A DNA stretch of 64,000 nucleotides, from the NCBI GenBank assembly GCA_052426225.1, contig JBNJNM010000008.1, forward strand, positions 1,922,001-1,986,000, read 5' to 3'. The stretch is from Zancudomyces culisetae HAW-14-8. Lineage: Eukaryota > Fungi > Kickxellomycota. Under the pieces are notes generated by a model. That model worked only from the letters and a program-made list of their open reading frames with translations, ran no database searches and was not told the DNA's origin. Both the position numbers and the translations under genes were made by a program. Positions 1 through 11,600 of this stretch are shown piece by piece. Numbering within the stretch: the first letter of the stretch is position 1; each line of letters begins with the position of its first letter.

Positions 1-870
1 TGTTGCTGTTGACGGTGTCAATAGTAGTCCGCTATATTTTGCATTTGCTTTTATCATAATCTTTTCATTTACGCTCTCCATAAGCTTATCAAACTCTAGC
101 AGATCAAACTCTTTTACGACTCTTGACTGCCCGTTCCTCATAAACTTTTCCCTTCTTGCCTTTTCCTTTTCCGCTTTTTCTTGTTGCTCTCGCTCCATTC
201 GCTTTATCTTTTCTTTCTCTATTTCACTCCCTTTTGTTTTTTCAGTATCACTTGTACTAGTATCATCACTATATCTGGCATTACTTTCCTTCTTTTGCAA
301 TGTTTTTTTGGTTTCTGTGCTTTGTACCTCTTGTTGCTCTTTTTTTTCCTCTTCAACCTCTACTCGCTTTGTTTCGACTCCAAATCCTATCTTCTCGTCT
401 TTATTATGGCTAAATACATCATCTCCATCTGGATTTGTGCCAAACTCCATACCCTTTAGCATTTGATCAAAGCTCATACTTGCCTTTTCATCATTTTTTC
501 TTTCCATATCCATTGTTTTATCCGTATCTAAAAATCCAAAATTTAAGAACTCGCCTAGCTCTGTTACATCACTTCCCTTGAAATCCCATAACTCCATTGC
601 TGGAAGTTTATCTTGCATTATTCCTCCCTTCATTCTCCCAGTCTCTTTTTGCGCCCCATTTCCCTCTTCAACAACTTTTTCCACATCACCTACCTTCTCC
701 TTTTCCTCCTCTCCGCCTTTTGTCTTAACCCATCCTAGTACCTCTTTATTCCATTCTTGCCCGCCTATTGCCTGTATTTTTGCCATATCCTCGCCTAGTA
801 TATATGTTCCATCCAGCCCTTGTACTAAGCCGAGTTCTTTCCATATTAGCGAGTCTTCATCCCCTTCCAT
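1..870 (-). CDS. Hypothetical protein, N-terminal part (runs off the window start); charged/low-complexity, no recognisable domain
   Basis: ATG at 870 opens 290 stop-free codons on the minus strand (MEGDEDSLIWKELGLVQGLDG...KYSGLLLTPSTAT). Purine-rich codon usage resembles GCN2. Absent from the ORF track, probably because it has no stop in the window. Confidence 0.75.
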   Translation of the reverse strand, partial: MEGDEDSLIWKELGLVQGLDGTYILGEDMAKIQAIGGQEWNKEVLGWVKTKGGEEEKEKVGDVEKVVEEGNGAQKETGRMKGGIMQDKLPAMELWDFKGSDVTELGEFLNFGFLDTDKTMDMERKNDEKASMSFDQMLKGMEFGTNPDGDDVFSHNKDEKIGFGVETKRVEVEEEKKEQQEVQSTETKKTLQKKESNARYSDDTSTSDTEKTKGSEIEKEKIKRMEREQQEKAEKEKARREKFMRNGQSRVVKEFDLLEFDKLMESVNEKIMIKANAKYSGLLLTPSTAT

Positions 871-3800
871 ATTTATTTTTATGTATTACCCTGTTCTTGC
901 TGCCACAGTACCCTAATACTCTGTTATTCTATGCCTCTGTACTATTACTTTTTTTTTTACTCTACTGCTTCCTTTTCTGCAACCTCAAAGTAATGTTATC
1001 TAGCTGTTGAAATGTAAATCTTTTTTTGAGGGGGAGGGGGAGGGTTCGAAGTTTCGTTATGACTATTTAGCCCCGTTTGAAATACGCGAATCCTAGTTTA
1101 TTAATCTAGATTACTGGTTGAAAATATTTCAAATTGGGTTTTATATTTGCTCTTTTCTTTTGCTTCACTTTGTTTTTTTCGCTTCAAGTTCAAGGTCGCT
1201 AGCGTATATCTACATGTATCACTCCACACTTGCGCTTTCCTAACTCTTTGAATTCGTATATTTTTAATACTTTAGCCTGAATTAACAAAACAGTTTAAAG
1301 ATCTATACCACTAATATACTCCAAAAATGGTAAACGAGTCTAGTTTTGTAGTAGCACTTCGTATGTCGATGAAATACTTCTTTCATACAAACCTTGTTGT
1401 GCTATAATTGGAATATGTATTTTATGGTTGAAGTCTATCTTCTACCAAATAGTAAATTTTTTGTGCAAATTAGTTTTATTTGATTATTTCTCTTTTATTT
1501 TGAGGTTTGTATTTTCCTATTTCAACTTTTATATCATTTGTCCTTTTTATGATTTACCTGATTTTGTTTAATTTTTTTTATTGCAAAATTTATTTCTCTT
1601 ACAAATGCAATCAATTAACTTGTTGAAATCTATTAGCTTGTTATAAATCTGCTAGATTTTGATTTGAATCGTTTCTAATTAACTTTTTGTAATTCACAAA
1701 ATTGGCCAATTTCCGTTTTAATTTTTTTTCTTGTGTAATCACAATCGCACTAGGCTAAAGCTATTGTAATTGATGGATATTTTTCTCCTTTTTTGCGTTT
1801 ATTGAATCACTTTTTAATTCCTTATTTTTTTAGCTTAACATCTATTTCGGCCTCTTATTCCCGTCTTTTATTTCCCAGAAAATATACATTGCAAATTGAA
1901 ATTTCAAACAAAAAAAAATTAAACACTAAAACATGAGTTTTGTATGCTAAATCCAAGATAATGTTATCTTTACAAAGCAGATAAAAAGGTTTACTTTGTA
2001 ATGTTTTGTTGTACAGCGGCTGTATCTCTCATTTTCATCTATTATTTTTCAGCGTATTTCCAATTGATAGTTTCTAGTTTAATATTTAATATAATTTAGT
2101 AACAACCCCCCCTCTCTTGTCACTCAACACATTTAAATTCAGATTATTTGTTACACCTTGTATTTATGATTTTTAAATTTTATTTTTGTTTTTAACTAAA
2201 ATTTTTATCTACACACAATACAGATGTTATAGTGATTACTTAGCACCCGTTGTTGAATGCTAAAGCACCCGGCTTTTCATTTTGTAGACAACTTTAAAAG
2301 TAATCTGAAACTTATTAAAAGTCAGCGTCACCGCCTTCCTTTTATGGGTTTTACAATCAGTATAACACCTTTTTAATTCCAATGGTTTATCTCGCCATTA
2401 TTATTACTACCATCATCGCTATTACTGCCTCTTTTCATTCTTCACCAAACATTTCAACATAATAAACGTATTCTTAACACCTGCTATTTATTGGGAAATT
2501 AATTAATAAATAGAGAAGTTTAATAAAGTAAAAAGCCAAATATTATCCAACTGCTCAATAATGCTCATTTAAATGATTCGATGTGATTAGGAAATATACA
2601 CACCATGTTTTAATTACATGAAAATTTACGCTAAAAGTCTTATTGAAATACAAAAATAGGATGCAATGCCAATCTTGGTCATTTGATCATTGTGTTCCGG
2701 TATCTAAAAGGTTGGATTTCGCCAACTCCACGATTTTGCATTCGACTACTCACCATATATGCTATATGTACCATCTACCATCACATACGAGTGTATCAAC
2801 TAAAAGAGCATGTTTTTGGTTTACCCTTCTTATGTCACCATAGTCTCACTTGGGATAAAGGGGCATTCAAATAGTCCCCTATGATACACTTTAATAGTTG
2901 TTTTTTTTTTAAGTTTAATTTTAGAATTTTAAACCGATTTACATCCGTTCAGGTGATCCGATAATACAACAAAATTCAGTTATACCTAATCCTAGACATA
3001 ATAAACCTAAAAACTGCGGATGAATCGTCGCAAGTATTGGAGAACACAGCATTATATTTTATAAAAAAGACTGGCTACATTCCTGAACTAAATGTTGTAG
3101 ATGTATTACCACACACATGTTCTCTTTTTTTTCATCAATTTTATGATGTATTGATGGTACACACGAGATGCGGTCAAAAAAAAATACATCATTAGCTTTA
3201 CATAATATTTTTATAAGCGCCCCACCTCACTTTTCAGATGCTTTTTAGTTCCACATTCAATAGACCACCTTTGAATGTGTTTCACTAGTCAGATAATTGT
3301 CATAACATGATATCACGTTCCTTTTACCCTTCTCTTGTAGAGCTATCAAGGGGGGGGAAGGTGGATCAAATGAAGAGCGACGTTTATTGGTGTACATGAG
3401 CCACTCATTTTCTATTATTTTAGATGTTTTTCGTCTCGTTAAGATTTACAGATGAGATTATGTAATGTATTACAACCGCCATTTATTTCAAATGACCGAG
3501 TTTAATAGGTCAAAGATAGCACCCGAGTTTGTTTTTTTTGACTGACACCCAGTATTTTATATCAATGTTTGTTCTTTTTTATTTTGGACAAACAAATAGG
3601 CTTTTGCCCAAACCTCTACAATAAGACTAGCACAGTATATCTAGTATAACTGATAATATTTTTAAAATTCTGACGAAAAAGAAAAACAGGTTGGACGCGG
3701 TTAAAATCTCTTTTAAAATAAAAGCTTGAATTCAATATATGAAATATCCACAATAGGACTCTTATAACAACATATTACGATATAGTTTTAATATTTTACA

Positions 3801-5655
3801 CTTAAAGTGTAACTGAAACTCTCCAATAATCATAGTTTTCGTAAATTCTAAGGTTTTAAACTCGTGACAATCATTTTACAACAACGGAGCTATTGTGAAA
3901 CGCTTTATTTTTCCGTTTTGTAATAGATAATTTTGGCAAACGAAATTGATCCATACAGTGCAATATTTTTTATTTCAAAAATAAACGCAAAAAAGAAAGC
4001 GATTGAATGCCAATTATTCCGGTTAGGAGCTCACTTAATTAATTTTAACTGTTAAAAAAAAAGACATGGGTTAAGAGTACCCATCATTATGTAATAATTC
4101 TTTCCCAGCCCCAGCTGTATCATCACTACCTATCACCTAGCAATTTACCATATTTTGAATGTATGTAGTATTTACATCAGCCCCCCCCCCTCCCTTCAGG
4201 TTCAAAAGTAAACGCTGTTTTATTGGGCTTGTAAAATGCCATGTTCATATTCGAGATAGTACAGTCACCACCACAACAGGGCTTTTATGCGGAAACCTCG
4301 AGTGGTTAGAATAGATTTTTGAAAATCTCATGTATTAACCGCCCAGCTGAAATTGACTAAAAAAGTTACACTGTGTATCCATCTATGTACGATATTACAG
4401 AGCTAAACACATCTATATTGTGCAGGAATCTCAGCCTATGCAAAATCTGTTGCTCTACTGTAACTTATAGCACATAATTTTTTTGCCTCTCATTAAATCT
4501 TTCAATACCACATTAAAATATCTCAAACTTTGAAAAAAGAAAGAAAAAAAAATAAAATTAAATCCATCCTACTGGGACAAAGTTTAAGAGCACCCAGCAA
4601 CTACTATAATTTTAACGTCAATAAGATTTAGGCTATTACAAAAATCACCTGTGCTTTTATCTTCGCTATCGAGTTTGAGATCCATTAGTGTAAACTCTTG
4701 CGAGTATAACTTCAATGCTAGCTAGACTGTACTAATAATTAGGTGAGGATAGTGTGAAATACCTTCCCTCCATCCTCTACCAAATCTCACCTTCAAAAGC
4801 TTTGTTGGTATATGAGAACGAGTACAAATATGTAGCAACTATATACACTAAATGTTTCAGAAAGTATTGATACTAAGTTGATGCAATAAATTAAAGACTT
4901 GTAAGTCAGTTACTTTTTTTTTTGTTACAGAAAATACCGACTGTATGCATTCAAATCCTAAGCGGGCAGTAAGTGGTAGGTTTTACTAAATCAAGCTAAT
5001 TATCAACATTGAAGAACCCTAGACCTGTTATAGTGAAGCTTTAAACAAATCGTGCGTAGAAAACTTGAATGATAGATTCAGGTGTGCCTCATCCTACAGC
5101 TAAGATAATTGGTTGTAGCAAAAGATCTCACACCACACCACACCACAACATAATGTTTGCACCTCTTTTTTTTCTCTGCTCACCTCTCTCTTGTTTACTT
5201 TTATTATAGTTTTTAGCTCGTTTGTGTATTTTTTTATATTCTTTTGGCAACTAAAGACAATTTTAAACGAAAGCATTCTTGGTAACACATTCACATCAAT
5301 TAAAATGCTTACACTTGCATTTTTTGTTGTTCTTACCAAAGATAAAAAAAGTCGATTCAGAAACAAATGCATTAGGACGGATATCTTGCAATTATTCGCC
5401 TAAATAGCGAAAACCGAGTCTAAATTTTTTTTTTTTCAAATTGTCCACTGATATGATTTGCTTAGTTAATTTTGAACTTTTTAAAGTCTGGATTGAAAGA
5501 CCGAATATCATTATATTCACAAAATCCAAATAATTATTATCCATAAACAGAAGATTCTTGAAGCGAAATCCGAGTTCAATCAGATTTGCAAGCCAAAGAA
5601 TAAAATTCAACGGAGTAAATCTAAAAAATGAGAGATACGCAAAGTAAAGCTGAAA

Positions 5656-8600
5656 ATGAATGAAAATCAAGAGCTAGAGGAAATACAACTAAATGAAATC
5701 GAGGCTCTGAAGGCGATTTATATGGACGATTTTGAATTCTACCATGAAAAGACTGCATGGAAGATCAAACCCAAGATCCCAGAGTTTCTAATCACGATCA
5801 GATCGGAAAATTTCGAGCAACGAGATATAGTTAAAGTCAAAATGCATTTCAAATTTTCGAAAAAATATCCGAACACCTCGCCCCAAATAAGTGTCAAAGA
5901 GAACCATGGTATCCGCAAAGAACAGATGCAAAAGGCACTAGAGATTATAGAAAGGGAGTTGATACCGGAGAGGCTTGGAACAGAAATGATTTTCGATATA
6001 ACGAATTGGACCCAAGAATACATTACTAAACACAATGTTGCAAAGGAAATAGAGGCAGAATCGTTTTATGAGGCAATGGTAAAGAGGCAGGAGAAGGATA
6101 AAGAGATAGAGCTGGAAAAGAGGGTGGAAAGGCTTAAATCACGGGGGATAAAGATAAGTAGTAAAGGTGAACTTGAAGAGGTAGATTTAGTACAGGCAGA
6201 AAGCGAGATACTACAGATGATTGAGGAGGAAGATAAATACGACAAGAACGAGTTACGAACCAAAATACAGCAGGAGATGGAGCGACTGCAGCAGGCGGTG
6301 ATAAAAGGCGAGGAGCGAAAAAAGAAACTAAGAGAAGTATCTAAAGCAGTTAGGAGAACGGTTGGAAAGATTACACAGAAAATGAAGGTGTTAAAGTTAG
6401 AAAGAAAGATAAAAATAGGGTGTAATAGAGGAAAGGGAGGTGATATAGAGGTAGAGGAGATTCTGCTTGAAGAGGAGAAAACTAATAGAGTGTATAAGCA
6501 GTGGAAAGCGTGCGTAATAAATAAAAATGAAGAGTCAGTAACAAACCACAAACTAACAGTTATGGAATTCACAATCGATGGAAGTCATTATGAAATGGAG
6601 ACGGGGGCGAGACAGCTAGCTAGAGCTATTGCAGACATAGAGAAGCTGAAACAGGTCAGATCTGAAAACATCGTTAGTGTGTATGGAGTTGTATTAGAGG
6701 CAGTTTCATCTTTGGCCAAACAAAAAATACCGCTTATAAACACGATTCTATTAAATCTACTAAATGTTGAGGATGGTGAATATCGCGTAGAGGGAAAGGG
6801 GTATGAAAAGCAATCGATTGATGGAGCATGGTATCTTGGAGATAGCCTCGAAGAAGATGAAGAAGAAGAGGAGGAGGGGGAGTCTATTGAGGGTGTTGGG
6901 CGCGGAGGTGGTGAGATCAAAGAAAGAGGATACAAAAGTGAAAAGGAGAGTGTAAAGGGTGATAGAGGGAAAAGAGGATGGAAACTCTACATCTTAACAG
7001 AGGAACAGCAAGCACCTGAAGTCATATGTCTAAGAGAAATTGTAAATATGAGTGGGGGGTTAAGCCTAGAAAAGGTAAAAGAATATGGAAAGGAACTTGT
7101 CCAGGCACTAGCGAGTTTACACGAGCAGGGGCTTACACACAGATCAATAATACTAGAAAATGTGCTCCTAAAAAAGCGTGATTACGCAGATGTAGGCAGA
7201 GATAAGGAGTTGAGTGCGGTGCTTACCGGTGCATTATACTTTGAACATATGTTTTCGCTCCACAAAATGGCAAAGCTGAACACAAAATGGACAGATAGTA
7301 TAGAGATGACGATGCGAGTGGCTCCCGAAGTTGTTGAGAGGGCGGATCAGTTGTCTAGATGGCAAAATGATGTTTATTGTTTGGGATTGGTGCTTGTACA
7401 AATGGTATTGGGAACACAAACTTTTAAAACCAGTAGATTGGGCAGCGAGTATGAGAGCGAGGCGGTTGTAGGATTGGTTAATATGGGAAAGAGAAGTAAA
7501 AAAGTAAGAGATAAAAGAGGAGGTGGTAAAGGTAGTAAAGGTAGTAAAGGTGATGGTGAATTTAGCGAAAATGTTGACATTCAGTTTTGCAAGGATGCGA
7601 AGCTGCGGGTATACTTTGGGCAACTAATACAAAAGATGGTGTGTAGAGAACAAAATAAACGACCTAAGGCCAAGGATATATTGAAGGAAAGATTTTTTAT
7701 TGATTTTGACGAACAAAGTATGCAGAGATCAGGAACCGAAGAGGAAGAGAGTGAGGAGGAGGAGGAAACTGGAGATACAGAATCGGGTTCAGAATCTGAT
7801 TCAGAATTTGAATCAGGATCGAAATCAGAATCTGAATCTGAATCAGAATCTGATTCTGGTGAGTTTGGCGGAAAGAAAAAAGTGCAAGCTATGAAAAGAG
7901 GAAAAGGGTTATATAGATACAATAGCAAGGATATAGTCTTACAAAACAAACGGGGAGCTGAGGCAAAGCGAGTTAAAGATAAGAAGAAAAAGGCACTCCC
8001 TCGATCGTATGGGGTAAAGAGCAAGTCATTACGTGCAAAACTTGGACAAACGAGCAGAAATAGACGAATAACTAACGGTGGTGATAAGGTAAAAGGTGAA
8101 AGGCATAGTCAGGCGGAGTACAGCGATGAAGATGAGTATATTAGCAGTGATGGGGAAGATGGCGTGATGGAAAGTACTAGGTCGCTGAATAGTTCAAGAT
8201 ACAAAAACGATTTTGATGAAATGGGATTTGTGGGGAAAGGAGGGTTTGGGTCAGTAGTCAAAGCCAGAAATAAGATAGATGGTAGGCTATATGCAATAAA
8301 GAAAGTCGGACTGGATTCCAAGGATCTCAAATCGCATAACAAAATTATTAGGGAAGCGGTGAACCTGAGTAGATTACACCATCCAAATGTTGTGCGGTAT
8401 TTTAATACGTGGGTGGAGAGAGGGCTTGTAGAGTCTCATATTAGCGAAGAAGATGATGACTATAGTGAAGATGAAGATGATGAGGAGAGTGATGAGGATA
8501 GTGAGGAGGAGAGTGAGTATGATAGCGAACAAGAAAGCAGTGAACCTAGATTGGAGCTACAAGAAACCAGCAGCAATGTTGTATTTTTTGGAACGGAAAG

Positions 8601-11600
8601 CTCCAATGAGGAAAGCTCAGATGTAGAAAGCAGTTATAAAATGACAGGCAGTGACAGAATTAGTAGTAGTACGCAACCAACTGCGGCAAAGGCTATGGTA
8701 AAAAATACTAAAGTCACCAAAAAACCACATATGATTCTGATTGAGACGCAAGAGGTAAGCAAGAAAAGGACAGCTGCGAGTAAAGAGAAAAGGGGAGAAA
8801 CGTTATATATTCAAATGGAATACTGTGAAAACAAAACGCTACGGGATTTAATTAGTGAGGGAATAGAAGAGAGAACTGGGTGGAGATTATTTAGGCAAAT
8901 GCTAGAGGCGCTAAAACATATTCACCAGTGCGGAATGATACATCGAGATTTGAAACCCGTGAATGTATTTTTGGATGCCAATGGCGATGTAAAGATAGGC
9001 GACTTTGGACTCTCAACATCAAGCTTTGCGTCTATCGAGGAGGTGACACAACGAATTGGAGTGAGTAGTAGCAATCTCAGCGGTGGAGGTAGTAGTAGCC
9101 ACTTGGGTTCGGGGATGTTATCTGCGTATTCGCAGGGTGGGTTTGAAAAGAGTATAGATTATACATTGACAACCGATATAGGAACATTGACATATGTGGC
9201 ACCAGAGGTTTTGAATCAAGTAGCAAGTGCTGCGAGTGGTTCTGGAAGAGGGAGATATAACTATAAGGTTGATATGTATTCGCTTGGTATAATATTCTTT
9301 GAAATGTGCCATCCGCTAAGGACTGGAATGGAGAGGGCATTGGTGATTCATGGACTGCGGAAGCCTGAAATAGTGATTCCTGATACATTTCCGATGGATG
9401 CGATGCCAAACCAACTCAAGATAATTCGACAATTGCTGACACACAATGTGCAGGAACGACCATCAAGCGTGGAGCTTTTGGAAAGCGAGTTGATGCCGAG
9501 CAAATTGGAAGATGAAGATGTTGAAGATATGATGCGTGCGATATGCAATCCAGAGCATCGGTACTATGAAGCAATTATGAAGATGTTATTTCAGCGACGA
9601 CCCAACGTGCAAACTGATGCATTGTATGACTACCAGAGTTCGTTTGGAGTAATTGAAAAATTGAATATTGTGTTTGCAGAACGAGTTAAGGAGAAAATGA
9701 TGAATGTGTTTAAGCGACATGGCGGCATTGAAATAAAGACACCGCTGATAGTGCCGAAGAATGAAATGATTCAAGGAGTTCGACGGGGTTCTGCGGTACA
9801 ACAGCAATCAGCTGTGGATTACATAGACGTACAGGGTAATGCAGTTCAGCTTCGGTATGATTTGACGTTGCCAATGGCTCGGTATATCGTGAAGAACAAA
9901 ATAACAGGAATGAAGCGATATGGTTTTGAGCAGGTATACTGGACAAAGAACGAAGGCGGTGGATCCAATGGTAGCGGAACCGTTGGTGATGGTAAAAATG
10001 GTGGTAAGCTTGAGAATGGGATGGTGGGTGTTGCAGGTCAGCCGATGGCAGTAAACATGGCGGGATTTGATATTGTGACAAACGAGCAGATGCATGCAGT
10101 GGCTACTGGAGAAATTATGTTGATAATTTCCGAGATAATAGACTGTTATCCCATGTTTTCTGAAGGAAAAACGGTAGTAGTATTGAATCATACGGATATT
10201 CTGGATGCAATTTTGAACTATGTAGGAATTTGTATTACGCCAACAAACACTAAGAATAAGAACACAAAGAACGCTGATGAAAACACTGGTAAAGCCCCCA
10301 ATGGTAATGCTAGCAATACAGATACAGTCTATGTTACATCAAGGCAGTTACAAATGATATATAACCACATGTACAACATTCTGGGGCCGATTCCACAGAG
10401 CTCTATGCTTGGTGGTGGTGCAAAAAAAAAGCTGCAGAGTATGAAGTTGGGAGGAGACCAAGTGGTGTTTACAAGTAAAGTGATAGAGCGGTTGATACCA
10501 TTTTTGGATCTTCGAGGAAATGTGGTGCGGGTGCAAAATCGGGTATTGTCGATATTATATAGCCAACAAGATGAACAACTAAAGAGTGGTAGCGGTGGAT
10601 GTGGGTTGGATGTGAGTAAACGTAAAGAGAGATTGATTTCGGCATTTACACAGCTTAGCAAGTTGGAGGCAGCAAAGGGAACATTTGGAATAGATGAAAA
10701 GGTGGAATTTGTAATATCACCACTATTTTCGACACGTAATAGCAAGACGTACTATGAGCACAACTATTATTTCCAAGTGTTGTATTATTCAGGGGAAATT
10801 CAACAAGGGCAATCGCAATTAAAGTCTCAAGAGGGACAAGGGATATTGGCGGCAAAAGGAAAGGGGAAGGGAAAAGGAAGATGGTCAAAAATAGGCATGG
10901 GAATGGGGGCACGAGGGAGTGCTACAAAAGGAGCAAAGACTGGGTTGGTATTACCGCTAACTTCTACATCTACATCTACATCTACATCTACACCTGCACC
11001 TGCACCTATATCGCCAGTTTTATTGGGTCAAATACCAGTAGTTGTAGCAGAAGGAGGTAGGTATGACGCATTGTTACACCAATACAGTTACATTATTGGT
11101 GATGACGATTTGATGGATAAAACAACTAAGCGTAATAAAAAACAACAGCGAAATGGGCCCGAGTACGGGTATAGGTATGGTGGTAGCATTGATAATCTAT
11201 ATCGAAACCAGGAAAACATGTTGAGAAGGTATGATGGTACTGGTTTCGGCTTCGGTTTTGGTTCCGGCTGTAGTCCAGGTCCTGGTTCTGCCTTTGGGTC
11301 AAATGTTGGTAGTAATGTAAACAGTAGCCAAGATATTCTTGCTAGCAGGCTTATGTTGGAGACTGCGGCCACCAGTTCTTCAAACACAAGTGGAGGCGGA
11401 CACAAAACCAAAAGTTCTACGGCAGTTGTTGGTTTGAATATATACTTTGATGTGATTGTTCGCGAACTAGCCATTTATTTGGGAGAGTTAAATCATTATT
11501 ACAAGCAAAATACTAGCAGGAATGCCAGCTTGGGAACAACCCAAAATAATATCAAGGTTAACAAAGGCAAAGGCAAAGGCAAAAAAATAACAAAGGAAAA

